NCBI GenBank assembly: GCA_030390025.1
Contig: CM059431.1
Coordinates: 153,700,001 to 153,764,000 of the forward strand
Source of the DNA: Squalus acanthias
Taxonomy: Eukaryota
DNA: 64,000 bases
Direction: 5' to 3'
A program made the translations under genes and the position numbers. A model generated the notes under the pieces. That model worked only from the letters and a program-made list of their open reading frames with translations. It had not been told where the DNA came from and ran no database searches. This document shows, piece by piece, positions 12,901 to 24,200 of the stretch (its first letter is position 1; every line of letters begins with the position of its first letter).

Positions 12901-15900
12901 CGATTATCAAACAAAATTATCGAGCCACAATAAGGCGATATTAGGACAGCTGACCAAAAGCTTGGACAAAGAGGTAGGTTTTAAGGAGCGTCTTAAAGGA
13001 GGAGAGAGAGGGAGAGGGGTTTAGGAAGGGAATTCCAGTCTTTGGGGCCTCAGCGGCTGAAGGCACGGCCGCCAATGGTGGAGCGATTAAAATCGTGGGG
13101 GGGTGGGGGGGGGGAATTGTGCAAGAGGCCAGAATTGGAGGAACACAGATATCTGAGGGTTGTAGGGCTAGAGGAGGTTAGAGAGATCGGGAAGGGGTGA
13201 AGCCATGGAGGGGTTTGAACACAGGAATGGAAATTGGGCAGGGTGACCGAGAGTCAAGGTAGGTCAGCGAGCACGGGGCTGGGGGCGAAGGTGTGGATAA
13301 CGGGCGAGTGTGAGTGAGAGTGAGAGGGGAACCTACCTTCCGTGCCACGTCCCGGGAGAAATAGCTGTAAGGTGCAAACTTTAGGTGGCACTGGTCCCCT
13401 GTCCTCTTGTTGATGTCGTCGATTTCCCCACTCTGTTAGCACAAAAACAAGAGCGCGACGGTAAGTACTGGTCAGTTCAAGTATCCTCGGAACACAGGAG
13501 GAGGCCATTTAACCCCTCGAGCCTGTTACACAGGAACAGGAGGAGGCCATTCAGCCCCTCGAGCCTGTTACACAGGAACAGGAGGAGGCCATTCAGCCCC
13601 TCGAGCCTGTTACATTGGAACAGGAGGAGGCCATTTAACCCCTCGAGCCTGTTACACAAGAACAGGAGGAGGCCATTCAGCCCGATCGAGCCTGTTGCAT
13701 TGGAACAGGAGGAGGCCCATTCAGCCCCTCGAGCCTGTTACACAGGAACAGGAGGAGGCCATTTAACCCCTCGAGCCCGTTACACAGGAACAGGAGGAGG
13801 CCATTCAGCCCCTCGAGCCTATTACACAGGAACAGGAGGAGGCCCATTCAGCCCCTCGAGCCTGTTACACAGGAACAGGAGGAGGCCATTTAACCCCTCG
13901 AGCCTGTTACACAGGAACAGGAGGAGGCAATTTAACCCCTCGAGGCTGTTACACAGGAACAGGAGGAGGCCATTGAACCCCTCGAGCCTGTTACACAGGA
14001 ACAGGAGGAGACCATTCAGCCCCTCGAGCCTGTTACACAGGAACAGGAGGAGGCTATTCAGCCCCCTCGAGCCTGTTACACAGGAACAGGAGGAGGCCGT
14101 TCAGCCCCTCGAGCCTGTTACACAGGAACAGGAGGAGGCCGTTCAGCTCCGAGAGCCTGTTACACAGGAACAGGAGGAGGCCGTTCAGCCCCGAGAGCCT
14201 GTTACAGAGGAACAGGAGGGGACCGTTCAGCTCCGAGAGCCTGTTCCGCTATTTAATTAGATTGTGGCTGGTCTGTACCTCAACTTCATTTACCCGCTTT
14301 GGTTCTGTAACCCTTAATAACCCTGCCTAACAAAAATGTATCTACCTCAGTTTAGAAATTATCAATTGACCCCCAGCCTCAACAGCTTTTTTTGGTGGGG
14401 GGGAAAGAGAGAGAAAGAGTTCCAGATTTCCACTACCCTTTGAATGAAGAGATGCTTCCTGACATCACCCCTGAACGGTCTAGCTCTCATTTTGAGGTTA
14501 AGCCCCCTTGTTCTGGACTCCCCCCACCACTGGAAACAGTTGCGCTCTATCTATCCTATCAACTCCTTTAACCATCAGAAACACCTCAATTAGATGACCC
14601 CTTAATCTTTATTCAGGGGATTACAAACCTAGTCCATGCAACCTGGCCTTAGAATGATACCAGGGATAAAAGGGTTAAATTCAATCCCAGATAGCACTGT
14701 GAAATACGACTGAATTTGGTATCCAATGGACTTTTTAATCCTGATAATCTACCCCCAAAACGATACACCAGAATTAGCAGCAGGGTCCTCGATCTCAGTG
14801 TCACCCAGATTGATTTTTATCCAACCGCACATCTTTACAGCAGAGGCCATTTGGCCCAGCACGGCACGATTGGTTACATTCTGGAGCAATTCCAAACTAA
14901 TCCCACTGCCCCACTCTCTCCCCGTAGTCCTGTATCAATCCCAAACTAATCCCACTGCCTCGCTCTCCCCATAGTCCTGTATCAATCCCAAACGAATACC
15001 ATTGAAGGCTCTCTCCCCCAAAGCCCCATTAATCACAAACTAATCCCACTGCCCCGCTCTCTCCCCGTAGCCCTGTACCAATCCCAAACTAATCTCACTG
15101 CCCCGCTCTCTCCCCGTAGCCCTGTATCAATCCTAAACTAATCCCACTGCCCCGCTCTCTCCCCATAGTCCTGTAACAATCCTAAACTAATCCCACTGCC
15201 CCGCTCTCTCCCCGTAGCCCTGTACCAATCCCAAACTAATCTCACTGCCCCGCTCTCTCCCCGTAGCCCTGTATCAATCCCAAACTATTTCCACTGCCCC
15301 GCTCTCTCCCCGTAGCCCTGTATCAATCCCAAACTAATCCCACTGCCTCGCTCTCTCCCCATAGCCCTGTATCAATCACAAACTAATCCCACTGCCCCGC
15401 TCTCTCCCCGCAGCCCTGTATCAATCCCCAAACTAATCCCACTGCCCCGCTCTCTCCCCATAGCCCTGTAACAATCCTAAACTAATCCCACTGCACCGCT
15501 CTCTCCCCATAGCCCTGTATCAATCCCCAAACTAATCCCACTGCCCTGCTCTCTCCCCATAGCCCTGTAACAATCCTAAACTAATCCCACTGCACCGCTC
15601 TCTCCCCATAGCCCTGTATCAATCCTAAACTAATCCCACTGCCCCGCTCTCAGCCAATGATGTATGTTTGAAGTGTTGTCTCTATTGTAAGGTATGGAAG
15701 GCGGCAGCCAATGAGCGCACAGAAAACTTCCACAAAAAATAATGCAGTAAATGACTGGATCAAATGTTTTTTTTTAAAAAGTGAAGTTGGTTGAGGGGTC
15801 AATATTGGCCCCAGGACACTGGGGAGAACTCCCCTGCTCTTCTTCCAAATAGTGACCATGGGATCTTTTACGTCCACTTGAGACAGCAGGCGGGGCCTCG

Positions 15901-17721
15901 GTTTAACATCTCACCCGAAAGACGGGACCTTCGATAGTGCAGCACTCCCTTAGTACTGCCCCATCTGACGGCGCAGTGCCCCTCCCTCAGTGCAGCACTC
16001 CCTCAGTACTGCCCCATCTGACGGCGCAGCGCTCCCTCAGTGCAGCGCTCCCTCGATACTGCCCCTCCGACAGTGCAGCGCTCCCTCAGTACTGTCCCTC
16101 CGACAGTGCAGCACTCCCTCAGTACTGCCCCGCCGACAGTGTGGTGCTCCCTCAGTACTGTCCCTCCGACAGTGCAGCGCTCCCTCAGTACTGTCCCTCC
16201 GACAATGCAGCGCTCCCTCAGTACTGCCCCGCCGACAGTGCAGCGCTCCCTCAGTACTGCCCCGCCGACAGTGCAGCGCTCCCTCAGTACTGCCCCGCCG
16301 ACAGTGCAGCACTCCCTCAGTACTGCCCCGCCGACAGTGCAGCGCTCCCTCACCTGGTCGATCCACAGCTTGCCTACGATGATGTTGTGCACTGTGGTGG
16401 TGACTTTTTTCCACGTGTAGTGGTTGCCGCTTTGATGGAAGGTGCAGTGGATGGAGCCTGCAGCACAGAAGACACGTGCATCAGACGATTGGCACATCGT
16501 ACGCTTAAAAAGCACCAGAGGCAGCTCAGTGGACATGTGTGTGGGGAGGGGGTGGGAGGGAGCGGGTAAACGGTAATTCTATTACCCACATTTCTGGGCT
16601 CCGCGTCGGCGTGACACTCCAGTCCGGGCCTGTGTGTGTGTGTGAGACTCCAGTCCGGGCCTGTGTGTGTGTCTGAGACTCCAGTCCGGGCCTGTGTGTG
16701 TGTCTGAGACTCCAGTCCGGGCTTGTGTGTGTGTCTGAGACTCCAGTCCGGGCCTGTGTGCGTGTCTGAGACTCCAGTCCGGGCCTGTGTGTGTTTCTGA
16801 GACTCCAGTCCGGGCCTGTGTGTGTGTGTGTGTGTGACTCCAGTCCGGGCCTGTGTGTGTGTGTGAGACTCCAGTCCGGGCCTGTGTGTGTGTGTGAGAC
16901 TCCAGTCCGGGCCTGTGTGTGTGTGTGAGTGACTCCAGTCCGGGCCTGTGTGTGTGTGTGTGACTCCAGTCCGGGCCTGTGTGTGTGTGTGAGACTCCAG
17001 TCCGGGCCTGTGTGTGTGTGTGTGAGACTCCAGTCCGGGCCTGTGTGTGTGTGTGAGTGACTCCAGTCCGGGCCTGTGTGTGTGTGTGTGACTCCAGTCC
17101 GGGCCTGTGTGTGTGTGTGTGAGACTCCAGTCCGGGCCTGTGTGTGTGTGTGAGTGACTCCAGTCCGGGCCTGTGTGTGTGTGTGAGACTCCAGTCCGGG
17201 CCTGTGTGTGTGTGTGAGTGACTCCAGTCCGGGCCTGTGTGTGTGTGTGAGACTCCAGTCCGGGCCTGTGTGTGTGTGTGAGTGACTCCAGTCCGGGCCT
17301 GTGTGTGTGTGAGTGACTCCAGTCCGGGCCTGTGTGTGTGTGAGTGACTCCAGTCCGGGCCTGTGTGTGTGTGTGAGTGACTCCAGTCCGGGCCTGTGTG
17401 TGTGTGAGTGACTCCAGTCCAGGTGTGCGTGTGTGTGTGTGTGTGACTCCGGTCCTTACCCAGTCTGACCCAATAAATGCTGGCTTTGCCAGCAATGCCC
17501 ACGACCGGAGAAGGAATATAATGAATGATATGTTGTTTTGAAACCACCCACACAGCAAGCTGGGATTGTTCCCCAGCTGGTGAATCACTGGCACACTTAC
17601 CCAGGGGCATGATGGACAGGTATTTGCCTCGGAACTTGCTGGCGATGGCTATCTCCTGGCGCAGTGCCCAGCCATTCTTGGACTCGGTGTGATGGGCAGC
17701 GGCCGGAGGGTGGTGGCTGAC
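3765..17721 (-). CDS. OSBP: Oxysterol-binding protein (OSBP-like), 3' six coding exons (C-terminal half of the ORD); one in-frame stop, 5' exons not in window
   Basis: Six GT-AG exons with compatible phases splice to VSHHPP...KFRGKYL...[16 protein letters not shown]...[15 protein letters not shown]...CPDIF*, the OSBP-family ORD signature. SRDVARK favours OSBP over OSBP2 (from memory). Confidence 0.9.
3990..4420. repeat. ~67-bp tandem repeat (gttagatacagagtaaagctccctctacactgtcccatcaaacactcccagggcaggtacagcacgg)n
   Basis: About six copies; same unit at 7470-7737. Confidence 0.92.
4950..5360 (+). mobile_element. CR1 3' fragment
   Basis: [25 protein letters not shown] plus 3' UTR gatcagccatgatctcattgaatggcggagcaggctcg. 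Confidence 0.8.
5430..6480. repeat. ~30-bp C-rich minisatellite (ccccgagacagccctcacctcccccttc)n abutting the OSBP donor
   Basis: Direct reading; variable C-run lengths. Confidence 0.95.
6488..6708 (-). CDS. OSBP: OSBP-like exon: [73 protein letters not shown](G)
   Basis: cccgccag|G acceptor and G|gtaagg donor; 221 nt; overlaps ORF 6462..6692. Confidence 0.93.
6908..7469 (+). mobile_element. Possible solo LTR
   Basis: AT-richer 562-bp block bounded by TG(ctg)...(caa)CA with AATAAA near 7403; it interrupts a 67-bp repeat unit (aaagc|...|gctccctc). No clear TSD. Confidence 0.45.
7470..7737. repeat. ~67-bp tandem repeat, second array
   Basis: About four copies of the 3990-4420 unit. Confidence 0.9.
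8707..8891 (-). CDS. OSBP: OSBP-like exon: [60 protein letters not shown](P), in-frame TAA at 8850-8852
   Basis: gtcgtag|GTC acceptor and CC|gtgagt donor; 185 nt; frame fixed by both flanking exons. TAA sits where an aromatic residue (Y/F) is expected. Confidence 0.88.
9020..10390. mobile_element. Cluster of short CR1 3' fragments in both orientations
   Basis: [18 protein letters not shown] ORF2 C-termini (9217..9480, 9959..10204) and a CR1 3' UTR stem-loop. Confidence 0.75.
10915..12752 (+). mobile_element. 5'-truncated CR1/HER1-like LINE (RT region and 3' tail), same family as 42554-47186
   Basis: ORFs 10802..11473, 11433..12026 ([15 protein letters not shown]) and 12243..12656; tail (ttctatgt)n. 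Confidence 0.92.
13337..13432 (-). CDS. OSBP: OSBP-like exon: [32 protein letters not shown]
   Basis: ctaacag|AGT acceptor and AAG|gtaggt donor; 96 nt; translated by hand. Confidence 0.9.
13490..14250. repeat. 42-bp minisatellite derived from the CR1 3' terminal stem-loop
   Basis: (acacaggaacaggaggaggccattcagcccctcgagcctgtt)n; continues into a minus-strand CR1 fragment to ~14650. Confidence 0.9.
14890..15650. repeat. ~49-bp minisatellite (aatcccaaactaatcccactgccccgctctctccccgtagccctgtatc)n
   Basis: Direct reading. Confidence 0.92.
15935..16350. repeat. 33-bp minisatellite, same unit as 1515-2605, abutting the OSBP splice donor
   Basis: Direct reading. Confidence 0.92.
16354..16457 (-). CDS. 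OSBP: OSBP-like exon: (G)[34 protein letters not shown]
   Basis: tgcag|GC acceptor and CAG|gtgag donor; 104 nt; phase matches the preceding exon. Confidence 0.93.
16612..17450. repeat. Compound minisatellite gactccagtccgggcc(tg)n
   Basis: Constant 16-bp core with a variable TG microsatellite. Confidence 0.95.
17601..17721 (-). CDS. OSBP: OSBP-like exon: [40 protein letters not shown](G)
   Basis: cctccccag|GTC acceptor and G|gtaagt donor; 121 nt; contains the (EQ)VSHHPP fingerprint. Confidence 0.93.
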
Positions 17722-17961
17722 CTGGGGAGGGTTCAAAGCAGCACACCGTTAAAAAGATTACACCCTCCCCCGAAACGATCCAATCAGTGCCTCCTCCTGG
17801 CGACAGGTCAACCCCGCGTCCTAACAGAAGGCCCCGCGGGCTTCAGTTAGAGTGAGCTTCCCTTCACCGGTTACCAGATCTCCCGTAACCACCCCACTCT
17901 GAACAAAGCCAGAAGTACTTCAGCTTTGATCGGAGTCCGTTCGCTCGCTGGCCTGCTTCGG

Positions 17962-18293
17962 NNNNNNNNNNNNNNNNNNNNNNNNNNNNNNNNNNNNNNN
18001 NNNNNNNNNNNNNNNNNNNNNNNNNNNNNNNNNNNNNNNNNNNNNNNNNNNNNNNNNNNNNNNNNNNNNNNNNNNNNNNNNNNNNNNNNNNNNNNNNNNN
18101 NNNNNNNNNNNNNNNNNNNNNNNNNNNNNNNNNNNNNNNNNNNNNNNNNNNNNNNNNNNNNNNNNNNNNNNNNNNNNNNNNNNNNNNNNNNNNNNNNNNN
18201 NNNNNNNNNNNNNNNNNNNNNNNNNNNNNNNNNNNNNNNNNNNNNNNNNNNNNNNNNNNNNNNNNNNNNNNNNNNNNNNNNNNNNNNNNNNNN
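17962..18293. other. Assembly gap (332 N)
   Basis: Run of N. Confidence 1.
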
Positions 18294-19772
18294 GGTAGTG
18301 AAACATCGATCAATGATATCGTTAGTATTCAATATGAATTATAAAATGTATCGTTACAATCAAAATAATAAATATGTTAAAGGATTAAATCTAATGTCAA
18401 AGTAGGCTGACATATTAGTTCAGTTATATTGAGGAGGATATGATCAGATATCATCGTGGGTAGGCAATAGGAAGATAGCCAAAATATGTTTCCCACACAG
18501 GATACACAAATCACACGGGAATGAAAGCAGTGATGGGCAGACAAGAATTACTTGGGCTTGCAGATATAATGAAATAAACAATAGATTTTGAAATTGAATG
18601 TAGGATAATTGAGCTAGTTATATAAAACAAATGAAAGGAGCCTGGGTAATATAGTGAACATTTAATAGATGAATGAGTGGCCGGTGACAGAGTTCGAGAC
18701 AATGATCGCATTCTAAGTACACTTCGAGCAAAAAAGTTACACAAATGAAAGAGCAGTGTAGAGATGAAATGGGAATGGTTCATTTAGAGGGCGAAGGATT
18801 CACTGAAAAGCTATTGGTGCTGTTTCGATGAATTATCGTGATTTTGGAATGAATGAAAAACTCATTGAAGACAATGGAAATAAAGTCAGCCACAAGTAAA
18901 ACTGGGCTGCCAATTTGCTTAGCGCGTTTGACACAATTGGCCAACAACGGCCAACACCTTGTGACCCATTCTTTATGGTTGACAACTAGTGCAATCTGAG
19001 TTTCCAAAAAAGTAACTGTGAGCTTTCCACAATATTAAGGTCCTTAACTACCAATAATTATTCGTTTTGATCGGTTCCTATACCTGTAACCGTAGCTTTG
19101 TGCTTTGATTTTGCACTTTCCTCTTTTCCATAGGTCAGTTGCTGGTTATAATGAGAGAAAGTCCAGTCGACCAGGGTGTCTCAAAGGCTGACTCTTTTCT
19201 ATCTCTGTCACCTCTTCCAATCCTACAACCTGTCGAGATCCAGGCGCTGACCCAATTTCTTACCTCTTGTGCATCCCCATTTTCACGCTCCACCATTGAT
19301 GGCCTTGGCTTACGCGGATTTGACCCTAAGCTCTGGAATTCACACCGAAACCACTATGAATCTCTATCTCTCTTTTTTAAGACTCTCTTTAAATCTACTC
19401 TATGACCAAGCTTGGATCACCTGTCCTAATATCTTCCTCTGATGCTTGGTGTTACATTTTGTTGTTATAACACTCCCTTTTCAACGCTTTGGGACGTTTT
19501 ACTGCGCTAGTTCTTGTTGTTTCTTCTTAATTCTCATGGCAGGCACGCCTCCTGTCTGACTAATGGTGTATCTTCCTTTTATTCGCTTCTGGAATCTGGG
19601 CGACGCTGTCAAGGACAGCATTTATTGCTCATCCTTTATTTGTTTTCTGCATTAACTCCCGATTCTGAACGTTTCATGTCTCTCCGAAGGAAATGTTGAA
19701 ATAGCAAAACGTTTCATATCCGAGTTTGTACATTACTTCTCTATATATGATTGCAATATCCATTCTTGTTAG

Positions 19773-19969
19773 GAAATCAGATCCCTAGCTGAATGTCACC
19801 GCAGAAACGATGCATGCCAACTCATTTTCGATACCGTGCTGGAAAAGGGGGCTCGGGGAGAAAGAACAATGTGGAACATATTGCATCAACTGCAGAACAC
19901 CAAAACCAAGCTGAAAATGACATTGTCAGAGATAGAGATAGATGTACAAGGGAGAAAGTGATCTAGAAG
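19773..19969 (+). pseudogene. CARD-like module exon B1; 197 nt, frameshifted near its 3' end
   Basis: cttgttag|GAAATC...CTAGAAG|gttagt; two nt shorter than the other B exons (gagatagatgtacaaggg vs cagaacagatgtacagaggg), giving a TGA before the donor. Confidence 0.65.
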
Positions 19970-21041
19970 GTTAGTAGTATCAAATCTAATTTTCCGTTAG
20001 TATAACAACGTTTTATATAAGATGAGCGCTATTTTTAACTCGTTTATGTGATGTGGGCGTCGCAGCCAATGCCAACATTTATTACCCATCCCTAGTTGCC
20101 CTTGAGATGGTGGTGGTTAGCCGCTTTCCTGAAACGCTGCAGTATATGTGGTGAATGTTCTCCCCAATGCTTTTGGGGAGGCAGTGCCATGCGTTTGACA
20201 AAGCGACAATGAAGGAACGGCGATATACTTCCAAGAGAGGATGGTGTGTTTCTTGGAGGGGAATTTGGAAGTAGTGGTGTTCCCAGGCGTTGATAATCTT
20301 GACCTACTAGTTGGTAGAAGTCGCGGGTTTCGAGGTACTGGCGAAGAAGCCATGACGAGTTGCAGCAGTGCATCTTGTAGATGGTCCACTCTGCAGCCAC
20401 TGTGTGGCAGTGGGGAAGGGACTGGATGCGACGAATTTATACAGGCTTGTGTGAGTTTTATACTCGATTCATTGAAAGACCTTTGGCACTGCCCGTTATA
20501 AATTTCAGCTTGAACAGAGCTACACTACTCCGAAGCAAATTCACCTTTTGTTCCACGGATCCGTGATGCAATCATTAACTGATCTACTTTGATTCCTTAA
20601 AACACATTGATAATTTGTGAAAGGCTCCTACTCATCCTCAAATCTCTCGCCTACCTTATCTGTAAAGTCGTCTTCACATCCCCTATTTTGCACTCCAGTC
20701 CCTCCTCTCCCTTGCTGTGGTCTCCAGTGTACCAGTTCATCAGCTCCGAACTCCAGACATACAACTGATACACACCGACTGGAACTCAGTTCCTATGAGC
20801 TTCCATCTCTGTACTTCTTACTTATTAAATAACGATCACATTTAGCTAGGCCTGCGTTGTTTCTCTTAACACCAGCAGAACCGTCAGCGTTAATTCAGAA
20901 TACCACCTCTGTAAGGCACCACTGGCAATATTCACTGCTTGAAAGACACTCTGAAGAACTTCTGTCGCGATAGCATTTAGTTCAGAGTATTCACACTTTC
21001 ATGGCATTTATGTTAATCTGCTCTCGTTTACATCTTCACAG

Positions 21042-21211
21042 AAAATGCAGTTACTGAAATATTACCAACGTTGGCGAGCTACACGGATTTCCAGCTGCGC
21101 AGAGTTATCGTTTGCTATCGTCAGAGACTAGAACAGTCAATTGAAGAGGTAGTGGAGGCCGTTAGTCAGTCGCTTGTAGATGCAAACGTGCTTACTGAAA
21201 CAAATCATAAG
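21042..21211 (+). CDS. CARD-like module exon A1: NAVTEILPTLASYTDFQLRRVIVCYRQRLEQSIEEVVEAVSQSLVDANVLTETNHK
   Basis: cttcacag|AA...AAG|gtacgt; 170 nt, open. Confidence 0.75.
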
Positions 21212-24200
21212 GTACGTTTCATCTATGTTAGAATCGTATAGCGTTAAATGAGTCAAACGATTGACTGTTTAGACAGAGAGTATTCTGTGCAAACCCAACG
21301 ATATAACAGTAAAATAACGCTGTACTGGTTTAACTTCAGTAAGACAATCTGAAATTAAATGTCCTGTGCAGTGATTAGAAATACTCTTCTGAGATATCAC
21401 TGTTAAATTTTTTTTCTAGAATTGTCAATGCATTGCATTCTTAATACAGAACAGGACCTCATGGCTAACCGTGATTTTTAATGGCAGGCCTACTGTGCCC
21501 AATTGTCGTCCAAGCTGCTTCATGAATGACCTCTTCAAAGGTCAGAGTTGGGGCTATTCGCTATTGCTTGCACAATGTTTAGGTTCCGTTCGCAATTCCT
21601 CAGAAAATGAAAATGTCCATGCCCACACGCAGCATGACCCGGACAACATCCACGTTTGGGCCGATCAGTGACAGGTAACATTATGCTACGTAATTTCAGT
21701 TACTGGCTACTTGCAACTAGAGAATGAGTAACCTATTACCATTGAGATTCAAAACGCTTTACCATCGGCGTTCTACCACCATGAGTGTCTCGGTGATCAC
21801 CCATAAAACCGGCTTTGAGAATGTACTGCCAAACATCTTTCAGTTAACGTTATAACAGTAGCCAAGACACTCGAAATGAGTAATTGAATAAGACAAAACA
21901 TGCAGCGCAAGCAACATACATCATCATTACAGTCCAATGGACAACCAGGTGCTAATTCAAAACAGTTATAATCACAAAATTCAAATCTCATGTGAATTAG
22001 TTAACTGAATCATACGAACTTAACAGTATGACATTTCCTACGATCACATGCGAGATGTTCCGCCCATTCTCCATCAAAACGGCCGTGCGCTTCGAATTGG
22101 ATTGAGTCATTGCCGTTGGCGCGGACTGAAAAAATTCTGCTGAACATATCCAATTGGTTTCTTCCATTCTACTTCTTGCTATGTCCCAACCCTACCTCGG
22201 TCCAAAACTCAGGGAGGTCAACACACCTAGCATCTCCCGAGGCCACATCCTCTCACCTGAGGAATGATTAATGTCGCATTTCATAAAAATACCCTAGTCT
22301 AATCTATGATGTTTATCTGCTCCGTTTCTCCAATACCTCCTCAATCATGTAACACAAATGTAAACAGAAATAGTACTGTGAATAAAGCTGGGAATTTCAT
22401 GGTACAGTTTGTCTGAGGGGATGATATAATGATGTGATCGACGTGGCTCATATAAGGGCAGGATTGGGAGATGAATTGTGCTCTGTTACCTGAAGATCAT
22501 GGGAACTTAAGTTGTATTCAAATAGGGAGCATTCATCAATAACAGATTCAGTTGCAGAATTGGATCTTCAGGAATGATATAAGGAATGATTGAAAATAGA
22601 AATCTATAAGTTTGTCATAACACCATCATAACATAACTCTTTGTCTATAAGGCGTTCGTTGTCTTACACAACATAATGGAAACGTGATAGAAGAAGTGTT
22701 ATATAGACAAATTGGAGATAATGCAGCAATAATAGTAACAGCGATTGGTGACAGTAAATATCCAAAATACAGAAGTAACCCAAGTGGGGAAGGGAGGCCG
22801 TGGTGTCTGAAGCTTGTCCAGGACATTATTCAGCTGGCTAATATTTTGGACGACAAGAAAGGATTGAGCATTTCATCTATTTCTCGAAATGGGCAGGGCT
22901 AGTCGGTGAGGTAAAGGTAGTGAAACACTACCAATGATATCGTTTGTATTCATATGAATTTTAAAATGTTTCCTTACAATCAAAACAATAAATATGTTAA
23001 AGGATTAAATCTAATGTCAACTAGGCTGACATGTAAGCTCAGTTATATTGAGGCCGATATGATCAAATAATATCGTGGGTAGGCAATCGGAAGATAGACA
23101 ATATAGGTTTCCCATACAAGATACACAAATCACACGGGAATGAAAGCAGTGCAGGGCAGACAAGAATTACTTGGGCTTGCAGATATAATGATATAAACAA
23201 TAGATTTAAAATTGAATGTAGGAGTATTGGGCTAGTTATATTAAACAAATGAAGGAAGCCTGGGTAATACAGTGAACATTTAATCGATGAATGAGTGGCC
23301 GGCGACAGAGTTCGAGACAATGATCATATTCCATATACACTTCAAGGAGAAATGGTACACAAAGTAAAGAGCTATGTCGAGATGAAATGGGAATGGTTCA
23401 TATAGGGGACGAAGGATTCACTGAAAAGCTGTTGGTACTGTTTCAATTAATTAACGTGATACTTGGAATGAATGAAAAACTCATTGAAGTCAATGGAAAA
23501 GAAAGTCAGACGCGAGTAAAAAGGGGCTGCCAATTCCCTTCTGCGCGTTTGACCCAATTGGCCAACAATGGCCAACACCTTGTGACCAATGTTTATGTTT
23601 GTCAACTTGTGCAATCTGAGTTTCTAAAAAACTAACAGAGAGCTTTCATAAATATTAAGTTGCTTAACTGCCAATAATTATTGGTTTTGATTATATCCTA
23701 CACCTATATCCGTAGGTTTGTGCTTTGATTTTGCACTTTACCCTTTTCCATCAATCACTTCCTGGTTATAATGAGAGAACGATCAGTTGCCGTGGGTGTC
23801 TCAAAGCTGCTCCTTTCTATCACTGTAACCACTTCCAATACTACAACCTGGCGAGATCCAGGCGCTGGTCCAGTTCTGGCCACTTGTGCATCGCCATTTC
23901 CATCGCTCCACCATTGACGGCCTTGCCTTAAGCGGTTTAGACCCTAAGCTCTGGAATCCGCCCCCAGCGCCCCGCCCCCCCCCCCCGCCAAACCACTATG
24001 AATCTCTATCTCTCTCTTCTCTAAGACTCTCTTTAAAGCTACTCTGTGACAAAGCTTTGGTCACCTGTCCTAATATCTTCATCTGATGCTTGGTGTTACA
24101 TTTTGTTTGATAAAACTCACTTTGCAACGCTTTGGGACATTTTACTTCGCTATATCTTGCTGTTTCTACATAATTCTCATTGCAGGCACGCCTCCTGTCT

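Noticed and set aside
13385..14260. 291-aa Arg-rich ORF and a CRISPR-like regular repeat
   Set aside because: 42-bp head-to-tail minisatellite with no unique spacers; eukaryotic context and no cas genes.
16374..17736. ~400-aa His/Thr-rich ORFs; constant core with variable spacers
   Set aside because: Spacers are only TG runs. The real coding parts are the two OSBP exons.
17864..18405. ORFs spanning the N run
   Set aside because: Artefacts of the assembly gap.
21042..21211. Conserved ~170-bp block as a tandem snRNA, 5S or other ncRNA gene
   Set aside because: No recognisable RNA-gene sequence; bounded by a polypyrimidine-AG and GTA(T/C)GT with a consistent open frame, so better explained as an exon.
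22684..22902. Recurrent short ORFs inside units (also 55351, 26672, 60428, 37051, 41386)
   Set aside because: Frames are not preserved across units, or are alternative frames of exon B; similarity reflects duplication only.
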